Shown here: positions 52,622 through 61,017 of the stretch, piece by piece
Position numbering within the stretch: position 1 is the stretch's first letter
How the letters are laid out: each line of letters starts with the position of its first letter
NCBI GenBank assembly: GCA_963771465.1
Contig: CAVYTU010000014.1
Span: 960,001-1,024,000, forward strand
DNA length: 64,000 nucleotides
Reading direction: 5' to 3'
Source of the DNA: an uncultured delta proteobacterium
Lineage (GTDB): Bacteria; Desulfobacterota; Binatia; UBA9968
Notes under the pieces: generated by a model
Databases searched by the model: none
Told to the model about the DNA's origin: nothing
The model's input: only the letters and a program-made list of their open reading frames with translations
Translations under genes and position numbers: made by a program

Positions 52622-53452
52622 TTAGGATTGACTAACGTAGTGGTCGAGATAGTGCTTGGCGATCTCACCTTTGGTGGCGAACCAAACTTCCGGAAAGCCC
52701 TTGGCGTAGCGGATACATTGTTCAAACACGCCGATGATGTTGGGTCGGCCGCCGATATGGGCGTGGACCAGACAATCGATGAGCTTGGGCGCGCCGGCTT
52801 GGCCTTCGGCGTAAAGACAATCGAAAGCCGCCTTGAAGCTTTCGAAGTAAACCGTCGGCGGATTTTTGTGCGTAAACAGCAGGCTCAAATCATTGGCATA
52901 GTCGAGCCGCGGCATGATGACCAGCGGCTTGCTATTGACTATGCGATGCTGCGGGATATCGGGGCCGGGCAAATCGCCAGTCCAGAAAATTCCTTCGTCA
53001 ACGAAATTCCTCAATGTGTAGTCGTTGATTCTATGCCCTGGGCTGACCCAACCGACCGGCCGCTTGCCGGTTACCGCTGCCAGGCTGTCGAGAGTTCGCC
53101 GGATGAGTGCTCGCTCCGAGTCGGCATCCAATGCAGATAGAGCCGTGTCATTGACCCAACCGTGACCGACGATTTCGTGTCCGCCCGCGTGAAGTTCTTT
53201 CAGCGCGTCGGGAAAGTCCTCGGCGATACGGCCGTTGGTGTCGATGGTGCCCTTGACGCGGTTGCGCGCCAAGACATCCATGATGCGCCAGATGCCGGCT
53301 TTACCGCCGTATTCACCGTATGCGAGCGATGCGTAGTCGGGTTTATCGCCGCCTTGACGGTATTGCGAATACTTTTCAAAGGCTTCAAACGCGACAAAAA
53401 AGCTGACGGCGATCTTGGCATCATTCGGCCATCGGATTGACGCAGGTCTCAT
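52622..53452 (-). CDS. Polysaccharide deacetylase family protein (PuuE/allantoinase-like)
   Basis: WPNDAKIAVSF, EYG.KAGIWR, HEIVGHG, PVGW.SP and HAHIGGRP motifs. Confidence 0.88.
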   Translation of the reverse strand: MRPASIRWPNDAKIAVSFFVAFEAFEKYSQYRQGGDKPDYASLAYGEYGGKAGIWRIMDVLARNRVKGTIDTNGRIAEDFPDALKELHAGGHEIVGHGWVNDTALSALDADSERALIRRTLDSLAAVTGKRPVGWVSPGHRINDYTLRNFVDEGIFWTGDLPGPDIPQHRIVNSKPLVIMPRLDYANDLSLLFTHKNPPTVYFESFKAAFDCLYAEGQAGAPKLIDCLVHAHIGGRPNIIGVFEQCIRYAKGFPEVWFATKGEIAKHYLDHYVSQS

Positions 53453-53549
53453 GATTTTATCTCCTTAGGATTTTCGCCGCGCCGGGTCGTCATGCGGCCG
53501 AAGGTTGTGATGCCTTCTTCTTTGTACCTCGATCGGCGAATCGAACTGG

Positions 53550-53579
53550 ATACTATCAATGCGGAATCGAAAGGGTCAA
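53550..53579 (-). promoter_or_regulatory. Sigma70-type promoter for the downstream minus-strand genes
   Basis: TTGACC-N18-TAGTAT on the minus strand. Confidence 0.5.
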
Positions 53580-53591
53580 CCTAAGAGCGTG

Positions 53592-53625
53592 AAAATAAAA
53601 AAGGGCTGTCCCGTGACATCCCTTT
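53592..53625 (-). terminator. Rho-independent terminator
   Basis: aaagggatgtc-acgg-gacagcccttt hairpin followed by TTTTATTTT, about 25 nt after the NuoF-like stop. Confidence 0.75.
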
Positions 53626-53649
53626 GGAATCGATCGGCCTTTTGCCGAT

Positions 53650-54909
53650 TCAATTGACCGGACATTTGCCAGTCGTGAGATGGGCTTCGAAATCGGCTGG
53701 GAAGAGTTTGAGCGCGCTTTCGATTGGCGGACCGGGCATGGCGATCAAATTGCAAAAACCTTTACCTTTATTAAACGCGAGAATCTTGCCGAACTGTTCG
53801 AGGATCGGCTGTCCGCCCTGGCCTGATTGGACCTTTTTCATCATCATCGACAGCGCATTGGTTTCCATGCGGCAAGCCGGACACTGGCCGCAGGATTCCG
53901 CGGTGAAAAAGTCGGCGATGCGGAGAACTTCTTCGACAATGCACGTTCCTTGGCTGATGAGTTTGACGACGCCGCAGCCTAAAGCGGAACCTGCGTCGCG
54001 CATGGAGTTATGATCGAGTGGCGTGTCGATTTTATCCGGCGGCAAAAACGCCGACGACGGCGCGGCTGGCATAATCGCTTTGAGCGGCTTGCCGCTCTTA
54101 AGTCCGCCGCCGCATTCTTCGATTAAATACCGCAGCGGCGTGCCGAACGGCAGTTCGTAAACGCCCGGACGATTGACGTCGTCGTCGAGGGAAAAAATCA
54201 TCGTGCCGGGACTCTCAATCGTGCCGAATTGCCGGTACCACTCGGCGCCTTTGAGCAAGATCGGCGCGACGTTGGCAAGGGTTTCGACATTATTTACCGA
54301 GGTCGGTTTGCCAAACAGGCCGACCGTCACGGGGAACGGCGGTTTTTGCCGTGGCCACGGCTTGCGACCCTCAATCACTTCCAGCACCGCGGTGTCTTCA
54401 CCGGCGACATAATTATGCGGCGCAGAAATGATTTCTATATCGAGATTAAAATCGCTGCCGAGAACTTTTTCTCCCCAGTAAGCTGCGGCTTTTGCTTCAG
54501 CGAGCGCATCGGTAATGCTTTTGATGGCGACGTCGTATCTTGCGTTAATGTAAAGGTAAGCTTTATTTGCGCCGATGGCGTAGGCCGAAAGAATCGTGCC
54601 TTCAACTACTAAGTGCGGTAAGTTCTCTAGCAGCACGCGGTCTTTCTTGCTGCCGGGTTCGTCCTCGCCGCCATTCAAGACAAGATAGCGCGGCGTTTCC
54701 GCCGCTTCCCGGGTAAATTGCCATTTTTTTCCGGTTGGGAATCCCGCGCCGCCGCGGCCGCGCAGGCCGGCATCCGAGACGATTTTTACAATTTCTTCGG
54801 GCGCGCCTTTAATCGCTTTGGCGAGCGCATCGTAACCGCCGCGGGCGCGGTATTCCTTCAATCCCTCGTGCCCTTCAGGAACCGCGTGGGGGAAAAGGAT
54901 CCCTTCCAT
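53650..54909 (-). CDS. Stand-alone NuoF/HoxF-like FMN/[4Fe-4S] NAD(P)H oxidoreductase subunit
   Basis: GLRGRGGAGFPTG.KW, EDEPG..KDR, YVAGEDTA, NNVETL and ESCGQCPACR...FC; no other nuo genes nearby. Confidence 0.9.
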   Translation of the reverse strand: MEGILFPHAVPEGHEGLKEYRARGGYDALAKAIKGAPEEIVKIVSDAGLRGRGGAGFPTGKKWQFTREAAETPRYLVLNGGEDEPGSKKDRVLLENLPHLVVEGTILSAYAIGANKAYLYINARYDVAIKSITDALAEAKAAAYWGEKVLGSDFNLDIEIISAPHNYVAGEDTAVLEVIEGRKPWPRQKPPFPVTVGLFGKPTSVNNVETLANVAPILLKGAEWYRQFGTIESPGTMIFSLDDDVNRPGVYELPFGTPLRYLIEECGGGLKSGKPLKAIMPAAPSSAFLPPDKIDTPLDHNSMRDAGSALGCGVVKLISQGTCIVEEVLRIADFFTAESCGQCPACRMETNALSMMMKKVQSGQGGQPILEQFGKILAFNKGKGFCNLIAMPGPPIESALKLFPADFEAHLTTGKCPVN

Positions 54910-54912
54910 GAA

Positions 54913-55236
54913 TTAGAAAACCCCCGTGTCGAGCAGTTGGTAGATCAGCTCCTTGAGCGATGAATCGATGGTGTCCAAACGTTTGACATGGGGTCCGCCG
55001 GCGAGGTGTTCGACGATCTCGTCGAGATCTTCCGGCTTCACGTGAGCGTACCAGTTCTTTTCCGGGTAGATCACGATGTTGGGGCCTTCCTGGCAGGCGC
55101 CGAAGCACATGTAGGATTTCACTTCGACATCGGTCAGCCCTTTGGCGGCAAGTTTTTCTTGCAGCGCCGCCATCAACGGCTCCGACCCACGCGCTTTACA
55201 ATCGATGTTCTGACATACGAGACAAGCTTGGCTCAC
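54913..55236 (-). CDS. Thioredoxin-like [2Fe-2S] ferredoxin (NuoE C-terminal-like)
   Basis: VCQNIDC...CFGACQEGPNIVIYPE..WY; 3 nt from the NuoF-like start. Confidence 0.88.
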   Translation of the reverse strand: MSQACLVCQNIDCKARGSEPLMAALQEKLAAKGLTDVEVKSYMCFGACQEGPNIVIYPEKNWYAHVKPEDLDEIVEHLAGGPHVKRLDTIDSSLKELIYQLLDTGVF

Positions 55237-55297
55237 GGTTTCTCCTTAAACGCTACATATTAGTCTCCATACTATATGCAACATATCTGCGCCGAGC

Positions 55298-56404
55298 TCA
55301 ATTCACCTGCATTTGAGACACCCAGTCTTTGCCTTTGATGATGTCGGCTAAAATCTGTTCGTCTTCGGGCGTCGGCAACGCTTCGAGCAAGTGTTGCTTG
55401 TAAGCCTCCGGCGACAGTGGCTCGCCGGTAACGCTGTGGTTCTTGCCGATATGCTCGCCGATGGAGCGGTTGAACTTCAAGTCGGGCGCTTTGAGTTTGG
55501 CTTGCCCTTCTGGAATGAGTTGGTTGAGCTGATCGATTAGTTTCTGCGATTCGGCCATGTAATGTTCACGAGCGAGATCATTGAGTCTTTCTTTCTGAGC
55601 TGGAACCTTGGCGTCATGTTCGTCATAGCGTCCCTTCAAACCCCAGGTGTAGGCCCAGTGGGCCGAGGAGGAATGATCGGTGCCAAACAGATCATAGGCG
55701 GTCGAAAGCCATTTATTAAAATACTTCTGCACGATTGGAATAGGAATCTTGCCGGCTCGCATGATCCGCGTCAGTCCGGTGTGACCGGTGAACATATGGA
55801 AAAATTCTTCCTTGAGCATCGCCGTCACGCTTTCAGCAAGCGGCGCAAACGCCGAGTGCGAGAGCATCGTTAGCTGGTATTTGCCGTCGCGGTCGACGAA
55901 CTCTGTATAGGTGAAAAAGTCGAGCCAGTTATTCACAGGTGCATTGAATGAGCCGAGCAAGCGGTCGCCGCGGAAAGCGCGGCGCTCTAACATTTTGCGC
56001 GCCTCGAGTTTTCCCGAATCGCCAAAATAATTCACCAGCAGATAACACATCTGCCAGCCGTGGCGCATTTCTTCGCTATTGACCCGGATCAACGCCTGGC
56101 GGTCATATTCCGTCGGCGCGGTGTCGAGCAGGTTTTTCTGCTGTTCGACTGACGCGAATTCCGTATCGCCTTGATAGACGATCAGGTTCATCAACGCATC
56201 GCGGATGGACTGATTGGGGATTTGGCTGACCCGTTGCCACTTTTGTTGCCCGGTGAAATCGCCGAACTCGATTTCCGGCGCATGAATCTCACCGAGTTTG
56301 GTCTCGAATTGGTAGTCGCCCAACAGAGTGGGATCGTAGCCGATATCTTTTTGCCACTGGCGGAAATAATCAACCCAGTCATCAAAAGTAGAAATCTTGA
56401 TCAT
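55298..56404 (-). CDS. BoxB/PaaA-family di-iron aryl-CoA epoxidase-like protein (368 aa)
   Basis: QGDTEFASVEQQ, EEMRH, DRDGKYQL and EEFFH align with BoxB motifs QGDTEPASVEQQ, EEGRH, DRDGKFQL and EEAHH. Confidence 0.85.
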   Translation of the reverse strand: MIKISTFDDWVDYFRQWQKDIGYDPTLLGDYQFETKLGEIHAPEIEFGDFTGQQKWQRVSQIPNQSIRDALMNLIVYQGDTEFASVEQQKNLLDTAPTEYDRQALIRVNSEEMRHGWQMCYLLVNYFGDSGKLEARKMLERRAFRGDRLLGSFNAPVNNWLDFFTYTEFVDRDGKYQLTMLSHSAFAPLAESVTAMLKEEFFHMFTGHTGLTRIMRAGKIPIPIVQKYFNKWLSTAYDLFGTDHSSSAHWAYTWGLKGRYDEHDAKVPAQKERLNDLAREHYMAESQKLIDQLNQLIPEGQAKLKAPDLKFNRSIGEHIGKNHSVTGEPLSPEAYKQHLLEALPTPEDEQILADIIKGKDWVSQMQVN

Positions 56405-56421
56405 AAGAAACCCTTTCGCTA

Positions 56422-56443
56422 AATTCGAACGATCGTTCGAATT
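56422..56443. promoter_or_regulatory. Perfect 22-bp palindromic operator (TetR/PaaR-type)
   Basis: AATTCGAACGATCGTTCGAATT lies between a TTGATT-N17-TATAAA promoter (minus strand) and the RBS of the BoxB-like gene. Confidence 0.75.
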
Positions 56444-56533
56444 ATTTATAACCTTTTGGATTTCCGAAATCAAGGCCCTGGCAAAGGGGCAGGAGCATGA
56501 CGGGGCGATAGGTTTCCTCGTCGGTTTTGCGGA

Positions 56534-58933
56534 TCAGCGATACATCTCCAAGATCTCGACCATGCCGAGTTGGCGAATCTGGTCGAACAGGTAGCGCTTA
56601 ATTTCGCCCACAGTGTCCATCTCGAGAACAATCCGCGCGGCGGTTTTAGCGGCCTGGTAACTGGTCGAGCGCAACGCCTTTTTGATCACCGGGATATAAA
56701 GCGAGCCCATGCTGAACTCTTCCAGTCCCATGCCCAAAAGCACCAGCGCGCAAAGGGGATCGGCGGCCATTTCACCGCACATGCCAACGCGTTTTCCTTC
56801 TCTCCTACCGGCTTCGATGGTGGAGTTCAACGCCGATAAAACCGCCGGATGAAGGGGTTCGTATAGACTGGCCACTTTGCGATTGCTGCGGTCGACCGCC
56901 AGTAAATATTGGATCAGGTCATTGGTCCCGATGCTGAGAAAGTCAACTTCGCGCAAAAAACGATCGGCCAATTGAACCGCCGAGGGAACTTCTACCATGA
57001 TCCCCAATTCCATTTGCCGGTCGAAAGGCGTGCCATCGCGAGTCAGCTCGTATTTAGCTTCACCGAGCAGCTCTTTTACCTTTTGAATTTCCTCGAGGCT
57101 GGAAATCATCGGCACGAGCATTCTGACTCGGCCTAAATCGCCGACCCGGAGAATCGCCCGCAACTGGGTTTTGAAAATCTCTTCGACCTCAAGGGAAATT
57201 CGAATGGAACGCCAGCCCAAGAAGGGGTTTGGCTCGGTGGCCACGCTGCGCATGTAGGTCGGATACTTGTCCGCACCGATATCCAGAGTGCGGATCGTCA
57301 CGGGTTTTTCGCCCATACCCTCAACAACGCGTTTGTACAGTGCGTACTGTTCCTCTTCGCTGGGAAAGTCGCGATGGGATAGGAACGGAATCTCGGTTCG
57401 GTAAAGGCCAATTCCCTGCGCTCCATGCAGATTGGCGAAGGCAACATCGCCTAACAGGCCGATATTGGCGTAGAGCGAAACGCGGTGGCCATCGGTGGTT
57501 TCCGCCGGCAAGTCTTTGAGCGCGCCCAACTCGCGGTTCAGGTCGGCATAATCGTGTTCTAACCGATCGTACTCGCGAATGACTTCGGGATTCGGATTCA
57601 CATGCACGCCGCCCGAATTGCCGTCGACGATCAACAGATCGCCTTGATGGACATTTTCCATCAAGCCTTCGACGGCGACCACGCTGGGAATTTCAAACGA
57701 TTTTGCCAGGATCGACGCATGCGAGGTCACGCCGCCGGTGGATAATACGATGCCTTTGAATTTGTCGCCTTCGAGCATGCTCAAATCCGCCGGCGATAGA
57801 TCCTGAGCGACCAAAACGGCGTCGTCGGGAATATCGTATTGCTGGTCGACGCCACCGGAAAGGTTTTCCAACAATCGCTGCGCGGCGTCTTTGACGTCGG
57901 TGCTGCGTTCGCGCAGATAGGGATCGTCGATCTTTGCAATCGAAGCCAAATAGCGTTCGAAGACGGCGCGCACCGCATACTCGGCGATAAAGCCTTCGCG
58001 CAAGATCTGGTGCTCGATCTGCTGAATGATCTTGGGGTCTTCAAGGATCAAACGGTAGACGTCGAAGATCGCTCCTTCCTCAGCGGAAATCATATGGCTC
58101 ATACGGTTTTTGACGACGGCGATTTGATCGATGCCGCGCTCTACCGCGCCGCGAAAGCGCTCTATTTCATGGCGCGGCTTGCGCGATTTTTTCTTTCGTA
58201 TCGCACTCAAGTCCATGCGCGGTTCGAGCACGAACGCCTTGCCGCGGCCAAAACCCGGCGATGCCGCCAGTCCGTCGAGCCGTCCATGCCAGTGTTGTTT
58301 GGTTTTTGCCGTGCGCCCGCGCCGACTGCCTTCGTAGGAACGCAGCTTGCGCATCGCTTGATTCATGCGTTTCTGAAACTCTTTTTGCTCCTCCTCTTTG
58401 TTTTTGAGCGTTTCGGCGAGGCGCGCTTGCACGATGATGCTCGCTGCCTGCGTCGAGATTGTCGTCAGCAGACGAATCTCATCGCGGGAAAATTCCCGCC
58501 GCCGGGAAGTTTGCACGACCAAAACTCCGAGGGGTTGTTTCTTTTCGATCAGTGGCACGCCGAGGAAAGAATGGAAATGCTCTTCGTGGGTTTCCGGAAA
58601 ATATTTGTATCGTGGATGTTTGAGCGCGTCGAGGACCATGACGGGTTTCATTCGTTCGAGCACCATACCCGTGAGCCCTTCGCCGGTCGCCATCGTGACT
58701 TTGCCGACAGACTCCGGATCGAGGCCCTTCGTGGCGCACAAAGTCAGGCGGTTTTTCTTTTGATCGAAGATGTAAAGCGAGCAAACTTCGGTCTCCATCC
58801 GTTCGGACACCGTGGCGACGATATTGTCGAGGGTCTCCTGCAAATCATGCGAATGGCTGATCAGCGTGCTGATGTCGGCCAGGATGCCGAGATGGGGATG
58901 AGTCGTGCGCGCGATTTTTCTTGTCTTAGCCAT
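56534..58933 (-). CDS. ptsP: GAF-domain phosphoenolpyruvate-protein phosphotransferase (EI-Ntr)
   Basis: N-terminal GAF (VCSLY, HPRYKYFPET.EE), TSHASI phospho-His, GLYRTE, RTLDIGADK, SIGTNDLIQY and CGEMA. Confidence 0.93.
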   Translation of the reverse strand: MAKTRKIARTTHPHLGILADISTLISHSHDLQETLDNIVATVSERMETEVCSLYIFDQKKNRLTLCATKGLDPESVGKVTMATGEGLTGMVLERMKPVMVLDALKHPRYKYFPETHEEHFHSFLGVPLIEKKQPLGVLVVQTSRRREFSRDEIRLLTTISTQAASIIVQARLAETLKNKEEEQKEFQKRMNQAMRKLRSYEGSRRGRTAKTKQHWHGRLDGLAASPGFGRGKAFVLEPRMDLSAIRKKKSRKPRHEIERFRGAVERGIDQIAVVKNRMSHMISAEEGAIFDVYRLILEDPKIIQQIEHQILREGFIAEYAVRAVFERYLASIAKIDDPYLRERSTDVKDAAQRLLENLSGGVDQQYDIPDDAVLVAQDLSPADLSMLEGDKFKGIVLSTGGVTSHASILAKSFEIPSVVAVEGLMENVHQGDLLIVDGNSGGVHVNPNPEVIREYDRLEHDYADLNRELGALKDLPAETTDGHRVSLYANIGLLGDVAFANLHGAQGIGLYRTEIPFLSHRDFPSEEEQYALYKRVVEGMGEKPVTIRTLDIGADKYPTYMRSVATEPNPFLGWRSIRISLEVEEIFKTQLRAILRVGDLGRVRMLVPMISSLEEIQKVKELLGEAKYELTRDGTPFDRQMELGIMVEVPSAVQLADRFLREVDFLSIGTNDLIQYLLAVDRSNRKVASLYEPLHPAVLSALNSTIEAGRREGKRVGMCGEMAADPLCALVLLGMGLEEFSMGSLYIPVIKKALRSTSYQAAKTAARIVLEMDTVGEIKRYLFDQIRQLGMVEILEMYR

Positions 58934-59114
58934 GGCTGTCCATCGAATTGAACGCTATCTATAAAACATATATCGCCGTGATTCGCCAGGGAGAACGCGC
59001 AGCGCTGGTTAGCGTACCGTCACGAAATATCGCATTTGCGCGGTGGGACGCCGGCGTTGTAACTGCATGGCCGCGTTGAAGAACAATTGGCCGGCACTAT
59101 GCTATAGTGCGGTT

Positions 59115-59525
59115 ATGAGCCGGATCGCTGGACTAATGGGTATGCGCCACATTGCGCTTAAAGTGCGCGATCTGGCGCGCGCGAAGAAATTCTATCGAGA
59201 GATACTTGGCATGGAGATCGTCTGGGAGCCGGATGCGCAGAACGTTTATCTGTCATCCGGCTGCGACAATATTGCGCTGCATGAAATCACCGAACCTTTC
59301 GTTGCTACGGCGGTCGAGAAACAACTCGATCATTTAGGTTTTGTCGTCGAAACCGTGGAGCGCGTGAAGGAATTGGAAAGCGAATTTATTGCGCGTGGGG
59401 TTACCATCGTCCATCCATTCAAGATTCACCGCGACGGCAGCGCGTCGTTCTATTGCGCCGATCCGGACGGCATCGTCATTCAACTCCTCTACGAACCGAC
59501 GCTAAGCCGGCAAAACATTATCTGA
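59115..59525 (+). CDS. VOC/glyoxalase family protein
   Basis: MRHIALKV.DL, LDHLGF and FYCADPDG; extended -10 TGCTATAGT 6 nt before the ATG. Confidence 0.85.
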   Translation: MSRIAGLMGMRHIALKVRDLARAKKFYREILGMEIVWEPDAQNVYLSSGCDNIALHEITEPFVATAVEKQLDHLGFVVETVERVKELESEFIARGVTIVHPFKIHRDGSASFYCADPDGIVIQLLYEPTLSRQNII

Positions 59526-59532
59526 GGATCCT

Positions 59533-60897
59533 ATGCTCTACGAATCCGAGCAGGGCAATTTTTCCATGATGTTGCTGGGCGACGTGATGCCGACGCGTCG
59601 ATTGGCGATCTTCGGCGAGGAGCGTTACTTGAAACTGCGCGAACTTTGCAGCGGCGCCGACGCTACTTTCGCCAACCTGGAAACCGCCGTGCATCAATAC
59701 CTCGAAGGGCACCAGAACATCACTGGCGGCACCTACATGACGACGGAGCCGCATCTGCTTGAAGACTTGAAATGGTTGGGGGTCAATTTAGTTTCGACAG
59801 CCAACAATCACGCCTTCGATTACGGCGAAGAAGGCATCATGGCCACTTGCGGTTATTTGGATGCCGCGAGCATCGCTCACGCGGGCACCGGCAGACATTT
59901 GCGCGAGGCGCGCGCCCCAGCCTATCTCGATACCCAACGTGGCCGGGTCGGGTTGATCGGCGTGACGGCGACCATGCCCGGCCATGCCATCGCCGGCGCG
60001 CAGCGGCCGGATACGCCGGGACGATCCGGCGTCAATCCTCTACGCCACAGTTTAACTCACGTCGTCGACCAACGCGGCTTCGATGAACTAGCTCGTTTGG
60101 GCGCGGCGCTGGGTTACGACGCGGCGCGCACGCGGCGCGAGAATTTAGGCGACGCGCGCTCGCGCCTTGGCGCTCAAAGCGCGAGCGAATACAGTTTAGG
60201 CAACATGCGCTTTGAAAAAGGCGACAGCTTCGCGCTACGCACCGTTGGCCATAAGCGCGATGTTGAAGAAAATCTCCAGCAGATCCAAGAAGCGCGGCGC
60301 ATGTCCGATTGGGTGGTGGTCAGTTTGCACTGCCACGAGCTTGGCGGGGACAAATTGTTGACTGCGACACATCGGAGCGAGATCGACGAGTTGGCCGATT
60401 TTGCCGTCGACTTCGCCCATCGAGCGATCGAAGCGGGCGCGGATATTTTTGTCGCGCACGGACCCCAGGAGCCTTTTGGCATCGAGATTTATCGAGGACG
60501 GCCGATTTTTTACAGCTTGGGCACGACGATCTTCGAGCTCGAAACGCCGCGCTTTCTCGCTGAAGAAGCCTATGCGCGCTACGGCCTCGGCGGCGCCGCG
60601 GGTCCGGCCGACTTCGCCGATGTACGTTATCAAAACGATCGTGTTGGCCACCCGGCCGATCCGAACTATTGGAGGCAGATGGTCGGCAAGTGTGAATTCC
60701 AGGAGCGTAAACTGGCGCGGGTTGAGCTCTATCCGTTGGATCTTGGTTTTGGCAAAGCGCGCTGGCAGCGCGGCCGGCCCTTGTTGGCGGATGAAGAACT
60801 CGGACGAGAGATCATCGACAAAGTCGCTAGCCTGTCGCGGCGGCGCGGCACTGAGGTCAAGTGGCAGGACGGGCGCGGCGTGATTCTAGTCGATTGA
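59533..60897 (+). CDS. CapA (PGA_cap) family metallophosphatase-fold protein
   Basis: LLGDVM, ANLE, ANNHAFDYG, SLH, AHGP and FYSLG motifs. Confidence 0.88.
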   Translation: MLYESEQGNFSMMLLGDVMPTRRLAIFGEERYLKLRELCSGADATFANLETAVHQYLEGHQNITGGTYMTTEPHLLEDLKWLGVNLVSTANNHAFDYGEEGIMATCGYLDAASIAHAGTGRHLREARAPAYLDTQRGRVGLIGVTATMPGHAIAGAQRPDTPGRSGVNPLRHSLTHVVDQRGFDELARLGAALGYDAARTRRENLGDARSRLGAQSASEYSLGNMRFEKGDSFALRTVGHKRDVEENLQQIQEARRMSDWVVVSLHCHELGGDKLLTATHRSEIDELADFAVDFAHRAIEAGADIFVAHGPQEPFGIEIYRGRPIFYSLGTTIFELETPRFLAEEAYARYGLGGAAGPADFADVRYQNDRVGHPADPNYWRQMVGKCEFQERKLARVELYPLDLGFGKARWQRGRPLLADEELGREIIDKVASLSRRRGTEVKWQDGRGVILVD

Positions 60898-61017
60898 TAC
60901 TTCAAAGTTGCGTTGGCTGACGATCACTCTTTTCCCATCTTTGGATTGAGCATGTCGCTATCGTCAGGCCGATTACGGATCGAACGAAATTCCGGTGGTA
61001 GTGCGGTAGCAGCCAAA

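Noticed and set aside
53572-53580. gggtcaa as another junction motif
   Set aside because: It is the TTGACC -35 box of a minus-strand promoter and lacks the downstream TGAC arm.
53650-55236. Respiratory complex I (nuoEF) or a hydrogenase/formate dehydrogenase locus
   Set aside because: No nuoG, membrane arm, hydrogenase or molybdoenzyme genes, and a terminator follows directly.
56534-58933. ptsP as part of the epoxidase operon
   Set aside because: A separate promoter and operator lie between ptsP and the BoxB-like gene; adjacency alone is not evidence.
57839-58951. 370-aa plus-strand ORF (and similar long antisense ORFs at 6246-7118, 20416-21231 and 38852-39586)
   Set aside because: Shadow frames opposite well-supported genes in GC-rich DNA.
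59533-60897. Poly-gamma-glutamate capsule locus
   Set aside because: CapA-family protein only; no capB/capC and no N-terminal membrane anchor.
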